Part shown: positions 19,743 to 29,837 of the stretch, piece by piece
How positions within the stretch are numbered: the stretch's first letter is position 1
Layout of the letters: each line of letters starts with the position of its first letter
DNA from: Candidatus Hadarchaeota archaeon
Lineage (GTDB): Archaea; Hadarchaeota; Hadarchaeia; Hadarchaeales; JAWBSP01
Direction: 5' to 3'
NCBI GenBank assembly: GCA_964474885.1
Contig: CAYYWO010000002.1
Location: 67,358 to 131,357 of the forward strand
DNA: 64,000 nt
The notes under the pieces: generated by a model
What the model was told of the DNA's origin: nothing
Seen by the model: only the letters and a program-made list of their open reading frames with translations
The model's database searches: none
Program-made: the position numbers and the translations under genes

Positions 19743-21808
19743 GCGGTCTTACGCACGTCGTAAAGAGAGACGGCACCATCGTCCCCTACGATAAGGGCAG
19801 AATCGTGAACGCGATCTGGAGGGCGGCCCAAGCCGTGGGGGGCAAGGACCGCAAGAGGGCCGAGAGACTGGCCGACGAGGTCGAGAGATCCCTGATCAGG
19901 AGGGGCTTCGGGCCTGACAATCCTCCCCACATCGAGCAGATACAGGACACTATAGAGAAGATCCTGGTAGAGAAGGGGCACTACAGAACCGCGAAGGCCT
20001 TCATCATTTACCGCAAGCAGAGGGAGGACCTGAGGAAGATAAGCGGGGAGATACAGGTTTGCAAGCTGATAGACGACTACCTCGATCAGGCCGACTGGAG
20101 GGTCAGAGAAAACAGCAACATGGGCTACTCCCAGTCCGGGCTGCTCTTCCACATCGGGACCTCGGTTACGGCGGTCTACGCCCTGACCAAGGTCTATCCG
20201 CCGGAGATCTCCGGTGCCCACATTTCCGGGGACTTCCACCTCCACGACTTGGGAATGGCGCTCTCGGGATACTGTGCTGGCTGGTCCCTCGAGCAGCTCC
20301 TGCTTGAGGGTTTCAACGGCGTGCCTGGGAAGATCTCGTCCCGCCCACCGAAACACCTGGACACTGCTCTGTTGCAGATGGCGAATTTCATAGGCTCGCT
20401 TCAAAATGAGTGGGCGGGGGCCCAGGCCTTCAATGCCGTGGATGTCCTGCTGGCACCTTTCGTCAGATACGACAGGCTCAGCTACAAGGAAGTGAAGCAG
20501 AAGATCCAGCAATTCGTTTACAACTTGAACATTTCCTCCCGCTGGGGAGGGCAGACCCCCTTCACAAACATCTCCCTCAGCCTCACCGTGCCCGATGACC
20601 TGGCGGAGAGGCCAGCCATCATAGGGGGGAAGCCGATCGACAAGACGTACGACGAGTTCAGGGAGGAGGTGGAGATGATCGACAGGGCCTTCATCGAGGT
20701 GCTGATGGAGGGCGACGCCGAAGGCAGGCCCTTCACCTTCCCCATCCCCACCTTCGGTCTGGCCAGCGATTTCGAGTGGGACAACGGAATATCCTCCCTT
20801 CTCTTCAAGATGACGGCCAAGTACGGCCTGCCGTACTTCCAGAACTTCATAAACTCGGACCTCCGCCCCAGTGACGTGCGGGCGATGTGCTGCCACCTAC
20901 ACCTAGACCTGCGCGAGCTCAGGCGCAACGTAACGGGAGGGCTCTTCGGCGCGGGGGACAAGACGGGCTCCGTTGGCGTGGTCACGATCAACATGCCCAG
21001 GCTGGCCTACCTGTCAGAGTGCGAGAGCGAGTTCTTCGAGCGGCTGGAGCACCTGATGAACCTGGCGAAGGCCTCGCTGGAGATAAAGAGGAAGGAGGTG
21101 ACGAAGAAAATCGACTCGGGCCTCCTCCCGTACACCAAGCGGTACCTTGGGACGCTGGACTTCCACTTCTCCACCATCGGGCTGGTGGGGATGAACGAGG
21201 CGTGTTTGAACCTCCTGGGCTGCAGCATCGTGGAGCAGGAAGGAAGGAACTTCGCAATACAGACCCTGAAATTCATGTTGAACAAGATAAAGGAATTCCA
21301 GGAGGAGACGGGCCACCTCTACAACCTGGAGGCCACACCTGCGGAGGGGACCAGCTACAGGCTGGCCAGGCTGGACAAGCAGAAATTCCCCGACATAATA
21401 ACGGCGGGCAAGGAGACCCCCTACTACACCAACTCCACTCACCTCCCGGTGGACGCCGACCTGGATCTGTGGGAGGCCATCAAGCACCAGGAACCGCTCC
21501 AGACGATCTACACCGGAGGGACGGTGTTCCACGTGTACTTGGGGGAGGTTCTGGAGGATGGGGAGAGTTGCAAGAACTTGGTCAGGAAGATCGTCACTAG
21601 GTCAAAGCTGCCCTACATCACCATCACCCCGACCTACTCCATCTGCCCCAACCACGGTTACCTGCCGGGAGAGTACCACTCTTGCCCCAGCTGCGGAGCA
21701 CAGACGGAGGTCTACTCCCGCGTGGTTGGCTACTACAGACCCGTGAGCAACTGGAATGCAGGGAAGCAGGAGGAGTTCCGCATGAGGAAGAGCTTCCTGG
21801 TGGACTGA
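19739..21808 (+). CDS. nrdD: Class III ribonucleoside-triphosphate reductase with ATP-cone
   Basis: VVKRDG ATP-cone, AMCCHL, GVVTINMPR, EATPAEG, CPNHG/CPSCG, SRVVGYYRPV glycyl-radical motif. Confidence 0.95.
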   Translation: MSGLTHVVKRDGTIVPYDKGRIVNAIWRAAQAVGGKDRKRAERLADEVERSLIRRGFGPDNPPHIEQIQDTIEKILVEKGHYRTAKAFIIYRKQREDLRKISGEIQVCKLIDDYLDQADWRVRENSNMGYSQSGLLFHIGTSVTAVYALTKVYPPEISGAHISGDFHLHDLGMALSGYCAGWSLEQLLLEGFNGVPGKISSRPPKHLDTALLQMANFIGSLQNEWAGAQAFNAVDVLLAPFVRYDRLSYKEVKQKIQQFVYNLNISSRWGGQTPFTNISLSLTVPDDLAERPAIIGGKPIDKTYDEFREEVEMIDRAFIEVLMEGDAEGRPFTFPIPTFGLASDFEWDNGISSLLFKMTAKYGLPYFQNFINSDLRPSDVRAMCCHLHLDLRELRRNVTGGLFGAGDKTGSVGVVTINMPRLAYLSECESEFFERLEHLMNLAKASLEIKRKEVTKKIDSGLLPYTKRYLGTLDFHFSTIGLVGMNEACLNLLGCSIVEQEGRNFAIQTLKFMLNKIKEFQEETGHLYNLEATPAEGTSYRLARLDKQKFPDIITAGKETPYYTNSTHLPVDADLDLWEAIKHQEPLQTIYTGGTVFHVYLGEVLEDGESCKNLVRKIVTRSKLPYITITPTYSICPNHGYLPGEYHSCPSCGAQTEVYSRVVGYYRPVSNWNAGKQEEFRMRKSFLVD

Positions 21809-21899
21809 CGGGCAAATCTCAATTGGAAATTGCTCAGAGGCTGAGGTTCAAGTGTTGGACGCTCTAGCTGAAAGTGTGTCGAGTTAAGCGGCGGCTAGG

Positions 21900-22661
21900 T
21901 TAGGGTACCGGGGGCGTCCGCAACTTGTGCCGGGAGAGTCTTTCACGCTCTAGTACTTTCCTCACTTCGGCGGGCTCGACCCCCAGCTCCCGCACTATCT
22001 CATCCTCCCTCTTCCCCCTGTCGAGGGCCATGAGGATCTTGTCCAGCTTCTCATAGGTTATGCCCAGCTCCCCCTCATCCGTCTGACCCACCCACAGGCC
22101 CGCCGAGGGGGGCTTCTCGATTATTCTTTGCGGGATCCCCAGGTATCTAGCGAGTTCTCTTACCTGCGTCTTGTAAAGGGAGCCCAGGGGCAGGAAATCC
22201 GCCCCACCATCCCCGTACTTCGTGAAGTACCCCATCCGCAGCTCGCTCCGGTTGCTCGTACCTGCAACCAGATAACCGTTCACGTTTGCGTAGTAGTACA
22301 GGATGCACATTCTCACCCTTGCACGGAGATTTCCACCTGCAACCTTAGCCCCGGGATCGAAGTCCGGTATGGTGGCGGAAAATGATCTGACAATGGGCTC
22401 GATGCTTATCACCTTGAACCCTATCCCGAGCTTGGTCGCCACCTCTCTGGCATCCTCGATTTCCCTTTCCGGCGTGTTCTCATCCGGCATGCTCAGACCC
22501 AGCACCCTCTCTCTCCCCAGCGCCCTGGCACAGAGGCAGGCTACCACCGAGGAGTCCAAGCCCCCGCTCATCCCGACCACCACTCCGTTGGCCCCCGCAC
22601 CCTCGACTTGGGATCTGATGAATTCAACTATCCGCTCGACGGTTGCCCCTGGATCCTCCAT
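21900..22661 (-). CDS. nadE: NH3-dependent NAD+ synthetase
   Basis: VVGMSGGLDSSV, NLRARVRM, GYFTKYGDG, KPPSAGLW.GQTDE; start ATG 22661. Confidence 0.94.
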   Translation of the reverse strand: MEDPGATVERIVEFIRSQVEGAGANGVVVGMSGGLDSSVVACLCARALGRERVLGLSMPDENTPEREIEDAREVATKLGIGFKVISIEPIVRSFSATIPDFDPGAKVAGGNLRARVRMCILYYYANVNGYLVAGTSNRSELRMGYFTKYGDGGADFLPLGSLYKTQVRELARYLGIPQRIIEKPPSAGLWVGQTDEGELGITYEKLDKILMALDRGKREDEIVRELGVEPAEVRKVLERERLSRHKLRTPPVP

Positions 22662-23482
22662 CAGAACCTCCTCGGATAGGAGCCCAGAACCTTCAGCATT
22701 GCCACCTTCCTCCGCACAGCCTCCAGGGCCTCCTTGCACTTCGGGTCCTCCCTGTGTCCCTCAAAGTCTAGGAAAAACAGGTAATCCCCAAGGGCCCTTT
22801 TGGAGGGTCTGGACTCGATCTTTGTGAGGTTTATCTTCCTGACCGCGAACTCGCCCAGGATCTCCCAAAGGATTCCGGGCCTGTCCTCAGCGGTGTAGAA
22901 CACTATTGAGGTCTTGTCGTACCCCGATGGCGGGTTATCCGTCTTGGAGAGGGCCAAGAACCTCGTCAGGTTCATTTCGTCCCCCTGAACGTCGCTGAAG
23001 AGCTCCTGCAGGTTGTATATCTGGGCCAGCTCCTTGGGCCCCAGGCTCGCAAGCTGGGGGCTCTTTCCCTTTGCCACCTGCTCGGCTGCCCGAGCCGTGC
23101 TGCTCACCTCAACGAGCTCGACGCGGGGGAACTTGGACTTCAGGAAGACCCTGCACTGGGCAAACACTTGGGGGTGGGATAGGATCTGGGTTATTTTATC
23201 GGGGGTCGTCCCGGGGACTGCTAGGAGGGAAACTGAAATGGGGAATACTATCTCCTCCTTTATCTTCACCTGCATCCAGGCCAAAACATCCAGGCTCTCC
23301 CCCACGCTGCCCTCCTTCAGGCTCTCGAGGGGGATCACCCCGACCTCGACCTCGCCCTTCTCGACCGCCCGGCCAACATCCGTTATCGTCTGGTACCAGC
23401 AGAACTCGTGCGAGTCCCCGTAATGCCTGCGGGCTGCCAGCTCGCTGTAGGTTCCCCTAGGCCCCAGCACGCCTATCCTCAT
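22661..23482 (-). CDS. pheA: Prephenate dehydratase
   Basis: LGPRGTYS, SHPQ, NLTRF, INLTKIESRP, VLGSYP. Confidence 0.93.
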   Translation of the reverse strand: MRIGVLGPRGTYSELAARRHYGDSHEFCWYQTITDVGRAVEKGEVEVGVIPLESLKEGSVGESLDVLAWMQVKIKEEIVFPISVSLLAVPGTTPDKITQILSHPQVFAQCRVFLKSKFPRVELVEVSSTARAAEQVAKGKSPQLASLGPKELAQIYNLQELFSDVQGDEMNLTRFLALSKTDNPPSGYDKTSIVFYTAEDRPGILWEILGEFAVRKINLTKIESRPSKRALGDYLFFLDFEGHREDPKCKEALEAVRRKVAMLKVLGSYPRRF

Positions 23483-24293
23483 CGTACAACCTCCTGTAGG
23501 CTCTCTGAATCTCCGGGCCGAATTCCCTCGTGAATTCCGTCACCAGCCTCTCGAAATCCCCCCATTTTCGCTCCTCCAGGAGCCTGTTCAGCTGCTCCAA
23601 CCTCTTCAAACATTCACCTCTAAGCTCCTTCGCAAAGGGATTTAGAGTCTGAAGCTCAAACGATGTCCTGGGGCTGACCGACAACATGGCCTTCGCTAGC
23701 TGATGCATTCGCCTAGACAGGGGGGTCTGTAGTGCCTGCCTGGGGCACAACCCGAGGTAACCGAGCAACAGGAAGTGGGTTAGCGCCTGCACCCTGGCCA
23801 TCATCTCGTCATGGGCCCCGGCCTCCATCTCAACAACCTCCGCGCCGTCCGTGACCAGCCTCCGCCGCAGCTCATCATATATCCGTCCCTTCCTGACGGG
23901 GACTGCCACTACGGTCTCCCCTTTCAGGCCAGGGGCCCCGGGTCCGAACAGCGGATGCAGGGAAACGAGCTCGGTATCCCGCCTCTGCTCGCTCAGCTCC
24001 TGCATGCACCTAACTACCTCTGCCTTGACGGATGCTATGTCCACGAGCAGTGCCCCCGCTTTCACCCGGGGATGTATTTCGTGTAGGACTTCTGGCGTCG
24101 CAGAGATCGGGACCGAGAGAAAAAACAGGTCCGCCCTTTCGAGAGGGAGGCCAACCGCCGCACCTATCTCATCCGCAACCTGTCTTGATTTTTCCTCCTC
24201 CACGTCCCAGACGGAAACCCTCCAGTCCCAGCTCCTGAACGTCCTGGCGAACCACCTCCCCATGGCACCCGCCCCTATTACGCACGCCTCCAC
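23457..24293 (-). CDS. tyrA: Prephenate/arogenate dehydrogenase
   Basis: IGAGAMG, DIASVK, HPLFGP, HDEMMA..QALTH. Confidence 0.88.
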   Translation of the reverse strand: MEACVIGAGAMGRWFARTFRSWDWRVSVWDVEEEKSRQVADEIGAAVGLPLERADLFFLSVPISATPEVLHEIHPRVKAGALLVDIASVKAEVVRCMQELSEQRRDTELVSLHPLFGPGAPGLKGETVVAVPVRKGRIYDELRRRLVTDGAEVVEMEAGAHDEMMARVQALTHFLLLGYLGLCPRQALQTPLSRRMHQLAKAMLSVSPRTSFELQTLNPFAKELRGECLKRLEQLNRLLEERKWGDFERLVTEFTREFGPEIQRAYRRLYDEDRRAGA

Positions 24294-25138
24294 CTCATCA
24301 ACCTCCAGGCGGTCTGCCGCATCACCTCGAGAGGCGCCTGCTTTCCCGTCCAGATCTCGAAGGAGAGTGCCGCCTGCTGGACAAGCATCTCCAGTCCCGT
24401 CAGGGTTTTGGCCCTAGCCCTGCGGGCCTCCCGGAGGAGCCTCGTGTAGAGGGGCTGATAGACTATGTCAAAAACCAGCAGGTTCTCGTGCATCATTCTG
24501 GCATTCACCAAGGTTTCCCTTGTCCTGGGGTACATCCCCACCGTCGTTGCGTTGATGAGGATGTTGGCGTCCTTCAGGGCGCGGGAGAGCTCGGGTGGTC
24601 TGACGCCGATCACCGTCACCCTCTTGCCCAGTGCGCGCTGGATGTCAAAGGCGAGGTCCTTAGCCCTTGCTAGCGTGCGGTTCGCTATCGTCAGCGCCGC
24701 GTCCCGCATGCAGAGATTGAACGCTATTGCCCGGGCCGCTCCGCCTGCCCCCAGAAGCACCACTTTTTTCCCCGAGAGCTGCCCGACCTTCTGCTCTAGG
24801 GCCCTCATGGCCCCCTCGCCATCCGTATTGTAACCGACTAACCTGCCGTTCTCGTTCTTCACCGTGTTCACCGCACCCACCAGTGAGGCTGAGCGATCCA
24901 AACTATCGAGTAGGTTAACTATCGAGACCTTATGCGGAGTTGTGACGTTGAAACCGGCGAAGTTCAAGTTTTTCATCGCCTCCACCGCCGGACGGAGGTG
25001 CTCCTTGGGCACCCTGAAGGCCAGATAGACGTAGTTCAGCCTGAGAGCGGAAAAAGCCGAGTTGTGTATCTGCGGGGATATACTCTTCTCGATGGGATCC
25101 CCTATCAGTCCTATTGGGCGCGTGGTCGCGTTTATCAT
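24278..25138 (-). CDS. aroE: Shikimate dehydrogenase
   Basis: SISPQIHN, GFNVTTPHK, GAVNTV, NTDGEG, GAGGAARA, INATTVGM. Confidence 0.94.
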   Translation of the reverse strand: MINATTRPIGLIGDPIEKSISPQIHNSAFSALRLNYVYLAFRVPKEHLRPAVEAMKNLNFAGFNVTTPHKVSIVNLLDSLDRSASLVGAVNTVKNENGRLVGYNTDGEGAMRALEQKVGQLSGKKVVLLGAGGAARAIAFNLCMRDAALTIANRTLARAKDLAFDIQRALGKRVTVIGVRPPELSRALKDANILINATTVGMYPRTRETLVNARMMHENLLVFDIVYQPLYTRLLREARRARAKTLTGLEMLVQQAALSFEIWTGKQAPLEVMRQTAWRLMRWRRA

Positions 25139-25848
25139 CTGATATCGAGTTTCCTCAGTATTTCAGCCAGCGTGGGCAGGTCGAGCTGGCCGGGTGCGGT
25201 TGGCCTGTTTACCGATGCATATAACACGGGGCACCCGAAGGAGGCCGCCAGTATCCGTGAGACCCTGCCGAGATCCCCCATGGCAAAGGCGATCAACGGT
25301 CTGTCCGCGGAGATCAGCAGATCCAACAGAGTGACCACATCTCTGGGGCTCCTGGCTGTCGTGACCACCTTCAGGAGGTCCGATCCTATTGCCTTCATCT
25401 CCGTCACTTTTTCGCGCAACTCCGTCAGGCTGGGTGTCCGCTCGAAGTCGTGGTAAGACAGTATCGTGGTCGCGCCCGCTTCCCTAGCCTTTTCCAGCAC
25501 CCTCGAGAGCAGGGGTCGGGGGGTCGAGTACTCGATATCCACTGCGTCGGCCCCCTTCACGATTCCCTGTTCTAGTACCCCGACTCTCTCCTCTTCGTCC
25601 CCTTCGTACCATCCGCCCTCCCTCTTGGGTCTGTTGGTCAGAATGCAAGGCAGTCCCGAACCGAGCAACCTGTCCAAACTCTCCCCGGACTTGAGACTGT
25701 CCACCCTGAGCTCGACGCAGTCCGCCCCCAGCTGCCTGGCCTTTTCCATCATGTCCAGCATCCCCCCCGCGCTGGGGGCAGCTATGCATCCGCACAGAGC
25801 AGGGATGGGGACCTCCTTGGAACCCAGCCTCAGCTTACGCTCCCTCAT
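25135..25848 (-). CDS. aroD: Type I 3-dehydroquinate dehydratase
   Basis: VELRVD, EGGWY, SYHDF, LKVVT, MGDLGRVSR, APGQ. Confidence 0.92.
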   Translation of the reverse strand: MRERKLRLGSKEVPIPALCGCIAAPSAGGMLDMMEKARQLGADCVELRVDSLKSGESLDRLLGSGLPCILTNRPKREGGWYEGDEEERVGVLEQGIVKGADAVDIEYSTPRPLLSRVLEKAREAGATTILSYHDFERTPSLTELREKVTEMKAIGSDLLKVVTTARSPRDVVTLLDLLISADRPLIAFAMGDLGRVSRILAASFGCPVLYASVNRPTAPGQLDLPTLAEILRKLDIR

Positions 25849-25861
25849 CAGAGAACCGCAA

Positions 25862-26959
25862 TTATTTCTCTATGATGGTCTCCTCCACCTTCACCCCGAA
25901 GTGCCTCCCGCCCCTCTCCGTGTAGATGAGGAGCTCGTCACCGGGTTTGACTTTGGCAACCGAGATGGGCTTCCCCTCCTTGCTCACCAGGTTTATGGTT
26001 TCGGCGTTTTGGAGCATGACCCTGTACCTCCTCCCCTCGCACTCGGCCTCGACCATCACCAGGGGGCGCCTCTCTATCTTCACCCTACCGACCGCGGCCG
26101 CCCTGCTCTCCCCCTCGGTATTCACGATCAGGACCTCATCCCCCGAGCTCAGCTCCGAGAGGTACTTTGTCTTTCCTCCCGGGACGAGGATGTACGAGTG
26201 TATCGCACCCGCATTGACTCTGAATGGCCTAGGCTCGACGAAGGGGCTGGATAGGGTCTCGGAGTGGACCAAGAAGAGGCCTTCGGCCTGGCTCCCGACC
26301 AGCATGCCCTCACCCTGCTCCATCAAGGTCACCGTGTCCACGCAGGCACGATCCCCCATACCCACCTGTTTGACTTGAGTGACCTTTGCCGGCTTGAGCT
26401 GGAGCTTTTCCTTGACTTTCTCCAGCACCGCACCCGTCTTCTCCACTTCTGCGACATCTCTTCCGGAGGGGTTCAACAGCACCCCATCAACCCCCCTTTC
26501 TAAGGTTTCAATGGCTACCTTCGCCTCCTGAGCGTCCCTAACCTCCGCCACCAGCGGTATTTTCCCAGCGGTTTTGGCTATTAGGTTTTCCCAAGGTATT
26601 ATCTTCCAGTCTCTAGTGCGCACTATCAGACAATCGAAATCATCCACCGCTTTAGTTGCCTCCTCTTCCATCTCCCTCCCGGAGATCTCCAGCTCCAGTG
26701 CGACCTTCCTCCCCTCCCCCCTGTATTTTCCCGCCTCCTCTCTTGCCCTCTCCACTTCCTCAGGGGTTCCGGCCTCCAAGACTACCCAGTTCCCAACCGG
26801 TTTTTTGCATGCGAGTTCGGCTTTCCCTCGAAGCTTTTCGGCATGCTCCGGTCTGCACAGGACAAGTTCGCATCCCTTTCCTAAGGCGGCATTAACGTAG
26901 GGTTCCAGCTCTTCCCAACTTGCCGACCAGTCAGCCCTTATCCAGAATCTCCTCTTCAA
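25862..26959 (-). CDS. 3-dehydroquinate synthase II (archaeal type)
   Basis: [56 protein letters not shown]. Confidence 0.9.
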   Translation of the reverse strand: MKRRFWIRADWSASWEELEPYVNAALGKGCELVLCRPEHAEKLRGKAELACKKPVGNWVVLEAGTPEEVERAREEAGKYRGEGRKVALELEISGREMEEEATKAVDDFDCLIVRTRDWKIIPWENLIAKTAGKIPLVAEVRDAQEAKVAIETLERGVDGVLLNPSGRDVAEVEKTGAVLEKVKEKLQLKPAKVTQVKQVGMGDRACVDTVTLMEQGEGMLVGSQAEGLFLVHSETLSSPFVEPRPFRVNAGAIHSYILVPGGKTKYLSELSSGDEVLIVNTEGESRAAAVGRVKIERRPLVMVEAECEGRRYRVMLQNAETINLVSKEGKPISVAKVKPGDELLIYTERGGRHFGVKVEETIIEK

Positions 26960-27774
26960 GTTAGCTCCTTCAGGGCCTCCTCAACGGTGGCCCCCTCGTG
27001 GACTATCTTGACCAGCGCTTTCGTCATGGAGGTCGGATCCCTGTGCTGGAAGATGTTCCTGCCTATGGAAACCCCTACAGCACCTGCCTGCATAGCGCCC
27101 CAAGCCATCTCCAAGACATCCCTCTCCGTCTTCATCTTCGGTCCTCCCGCGATGACCACGGGGACCGGGCATCCGCGAACGACCCTCCTGAAGGAGTCAG
27201 GGTCCCCCGTATAAACCGTCTTTACTATGTCGGCTCCGAGCTCGGCCCCCACCCTAGCCGCATGGGCAACCAGCTCCGGATCGTGCTGTTTTTCCTTGGG
27301 GATCTGCGGCCCCCTCGGATACATCATGGCAAAAAGGGGCAGGCCCCAGTAACTGCAAGCCTCAGCGACTTCTCCCAGAGTTTGAAGCTGTTCCTGCTCG
27401 TTGGATGCCCCAACGTTTATGTGAACCGATACACCATCCGCTCCAAGTCTTATGGCTTCCTCCACGGTTGCAACTTGAACCTTTTCGTTCGGATCCGGTG
27501 ACAAGGAGGTGCTCCCTGAGAGGTGGATTATCAGACCTATGTCCCTTCCGTAGCCCCGGTACCCTGCCTTGACTATGCCCTTGTGCAAGACTACCGCGTT
27601 AGCTCCACCCTGAGCTACTTTGTCTACGATTTCGGCCATGTTCTCAAGTCCCTGGATGGGTCCCATGGATAAACCGTGGTCCATGGGGACGATCACGGTC
27701 TTGTGCGTCCTCCTATCGATTATTCTCTCTAACCTTATCCTCTTACCCAACTCTGACATGTTTCTTTTTCTCAC
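26956..27774 (-). CDS. 2-amino-3,7-dideoxy-D-threo-hept-6-ulosonate synthase (class I aldolase)
   Basis: IVPMDHG, MMYPRG, GADIVKT Schiff-base Lys, IAGGPK, IGRNIFQ; next to DHQ synthase II. Confidence 0.88.
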   Translation of the reverse strand: MRKRNMSELGKRIRLERIIDRRTHKTVIVPMDHGLSMGPIQGLENMAEIVDKVAQGGANAVVLHKGIVKAGYRGYGRDIGLIIHLSGSTSLSPDPNEKVQVATVEEAIRLGADGVSVHINVGASNEQEQLQTLGEVAEACSYWGLPLFAMMYPRGPQIPKEKQHDPELVAHAARVGAELGADIVKTVYTGDPDSFRRVVRGCPVPVVIAGGPKMKTERDVLEMAWGAMQAGAVGVSIGRNIFQHRDPTSMTKALVKIVHEGATVEEALKELT

Positions 27775-27794
27775 TCGATTAAAAATATGGGATT

Positions 27795-29213
27795 ATGAGG
27801 GCGCCATTAAAGCACAGATTGATCGCCCTGATTATTGACAGGATTCTGATTCTGTTAATCGGGCTCTATCCACTCTGGTTCACCGAAATAGGAGTTCGAA
27901 TCTGTGGGACATGGTGGGTCAATCCGGTTTTTCCCCCTTTTCTTCTCCTCTCTCTGCCTTTCACGTATCTCTTCTACCTGCTCTTCCTAGAATGGTTGGC
28001 GGGAGGCCAAACTCCCGGAAAGGCATTAGTTGGGATCAAGGTCGTCAGAGCGGATGGGAAACCCATTGGCTTAAGGGAATGCCTCCTTAGAAATCTCCTC
28101 CGCATAGTCGACGCCTTTCCCGCTGGACTTTATGTTCTGGGGGTATACCTGCGGAAGAAGAAGGGAGAAAGGGTCGGAGACTTGATAGCCAGAACAACAG
28201 TTGTGGTTGTAGGGAAGCCCAGGTCGCTGCAACTCCTCCGACCTAAGACTTCTTGGGCCAAACCCCTCTCAGGGATCTTCATGGGTTGCCTGCTTGTGCC
28301 CTGCCTTCTTCAGGCATGTCTGTATGAGTCCGGGGAGTCTCCCCCATTCCCTACACTAAAAGGAGTCGTACTCCCGCACATCCCGCCGACTTCGATCGAT
28401 CCTCTCATTGAATCACTCAAATCCGCTGGCTTCAATGCCGTCAGGCTGGATTGGGCACTCGCGGGAACTAAAGAAGAGAACTTGGTCAGGAGGCTCCACC
28501 AGGAAGGTTTCTTCATCCTGATAGGGACTGGGGAGGGCTGGGATGTCAGGAAGGATGTCAGGGATGTAGAAATCCTTGTCGCACTTTACGGGAACCTCGA
28601 AAACATATGCTGGGGAATAGGGAACGAGGACTACACCTCGGACTTACGTTCCCCTCGGGAACATCTGTCCGAGATCAATCAGGCTTTCAAGCGCCTTAGC
28701 ACCCGCCCAACCGTTCATGCCGGGCACATGCTCCTTCACTCCCCGGATTTCCTTCTGTTCAGGTACAGAGGCTTTGGACCAGTTGATTTCACAGACGTGC
28801 TGGGATTCAATGCCTATCCGCCATTTGAGGCCGCCAGCTGGACGAACCTCATTCAGATGTGGCGGGAAGACACGAGAACTAACCCGGTTTACCAGACCTT
28901 GCTTGACCTGGGGATGAAAACTTATCTTTGGTTGGAGAGAACGGTGATCGAGCCTCTAAAGACGAACACTCTGGGCTATGCTTATTTGCTGAACTCTTAT
29001 GTGCAGTTTGCAGAGCTGAAACACAAATCCATCATACTCACCGAATGGGGAGCGGGAGGGATAGAGTTCGCAAGAGGCCAGTGGGAGATCATAAAGAAGA
29101 TGCCCATCCAAGGACGGTTCTTCTTCAGCTGGAAAGAGATCGATTCAGATTTGGATGGGAATCCCGATGATTTGGAGCTTTTCTCCTTCCTCGCCCAGAC
29201 GAACTCGGGCTAA
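27795..29213 (+). CDS. RDD-family membrane domain fused to a clan GH-A-like glycoside hydrolase barrel
   Basis: RLIALIID, GQTPGK, RVGDLIA (RDD); FNAVRL, WGIGNED, GFNAYP, IILTEWG (GH-A acid/base and nucleophile patterns). Confidence 0.65.
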   Translation: MRAPLKHRLIALIIDRILILLIGLYPLWFTEIGVRICGTWWVNPVFPPFLLLSLPFTYLFYLLFLEWLAGGQTPGKALVGIKVVRADGKPIGLRECLLRNLLRIVDAFPAGLYVLGVYLRKKKGERVGDLIARTTVVVVGKPRSLQLLRPKTSWAKPLSGIFMGCLLVPCLLQACLYESGESPPFPTLKGVVLPHIPPTSIDPLIESLKSAGFNAVRLDWALAGTKEENLVRRLHQEGFFILIGTGEGWDVRKDVRDVEILVALYGNLENICWGIGNEDYTSDLRSPREHLSEINQAFKRLSTRPTVHAGHMLLHSPDFLLFRYRGFGPVDFTDVLGFNAYPPFEAASWTNLIQMWREDTRTNPVYQTLLDLGMKTYLWLERTVIEPLKTNTLGYAYLLNSYVQFAELKHKSIILTEWGAGGIEFARGQWEIIKKMPIQGRFFFSWKEIDSDLDGNPDDLELFSFLAQTNSG

Positions 29214-29219
29214 GACTTT

Positions 29220-29837
29220 TTGAGCATCTCACCCTATTTGATGCAATCCTCGCTCTGGGGTTTCGAGAAAAAGTCTTTACAAGAGCTTGAGGAGGAAGCG
29301 AAGAAGTGCAAGAGATGCCCCCTACACCAGACGAGAACCAACGTGGTTTTCGGTGATGGACCGCCCAGTCCGGTGGTGCTGGTCGGAGAGGCCCCTGGTT
29401 ACTGGGAAGACAGGCAAGGGAAGCCTTTCGTCGGAGCTGCTGGGAAGTTCCTCAACTCCTTGCTCGAAAGAGCCGGCTTGCGTCGAGAGAAGGTGTACAT
29501 CTGCAACACCCTGAAGTGCAGGCCCCCTGGGAACAGGGATCCCCTGCCCGAGGAAATAGAGGCATGCAAACCATTTTTGATAGGCCAGCTGTCCCTGATC
29601 AAACCGAGGGTGGTAGTAGCCCTGGGGAGGTTCGCGGCTGGGGAGCTACTTGGGAGGAACGTGGTTATGAGCTCCGAGCACGGGAAGCTGCTGGAATGCA
29701 CCTTCTACGGTGTTAAGTTCAAGCTTTTCCTCACCTTTCATCCGGCCGCCGGGCTATACAGCGGTTCCACCAAGGAACTCTTGCTCAGGGATTTCGATAG
29801 TTTACGAGAGATTCTGAGGTCTGAGGGGCTCGTGTAA
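29220..29837 (+). CDS. udg: Family 4 uracil-DNA glycosylase
   Basis: CKRCPLH, GEAPG, PFVGAAG, KCRPPGNRDP, FHPAA. Confidence 0.92.
   Translation: MSISPYLMQSSLWGFEKKSLQELEEEAKKCKRCPLHQTRTNVVFGDGPPSPVVLVGEAPGYWEDRQGKPFVGAAGKFLNSLLERAGLRREKVYICNTLKCRPPGNRDPLPEEIEACKPFLIGQLSLIKPRVVVALGRFAAGELLGRNVVMSSEHGKLLECTFYGVKFKLFLTFHPAAGLYSGSTKELLLRDFDSLREILRSEGLV

Noticed and set aside
19667-20896. 409-aa minus-strand ORF
   Set aside because: Antisense shadow of nrdD
28540-28567. GATGTCAGG short tandem repeat
   Set aside because: Simply encodes DVRKDVRDV within the RDD-GH gene
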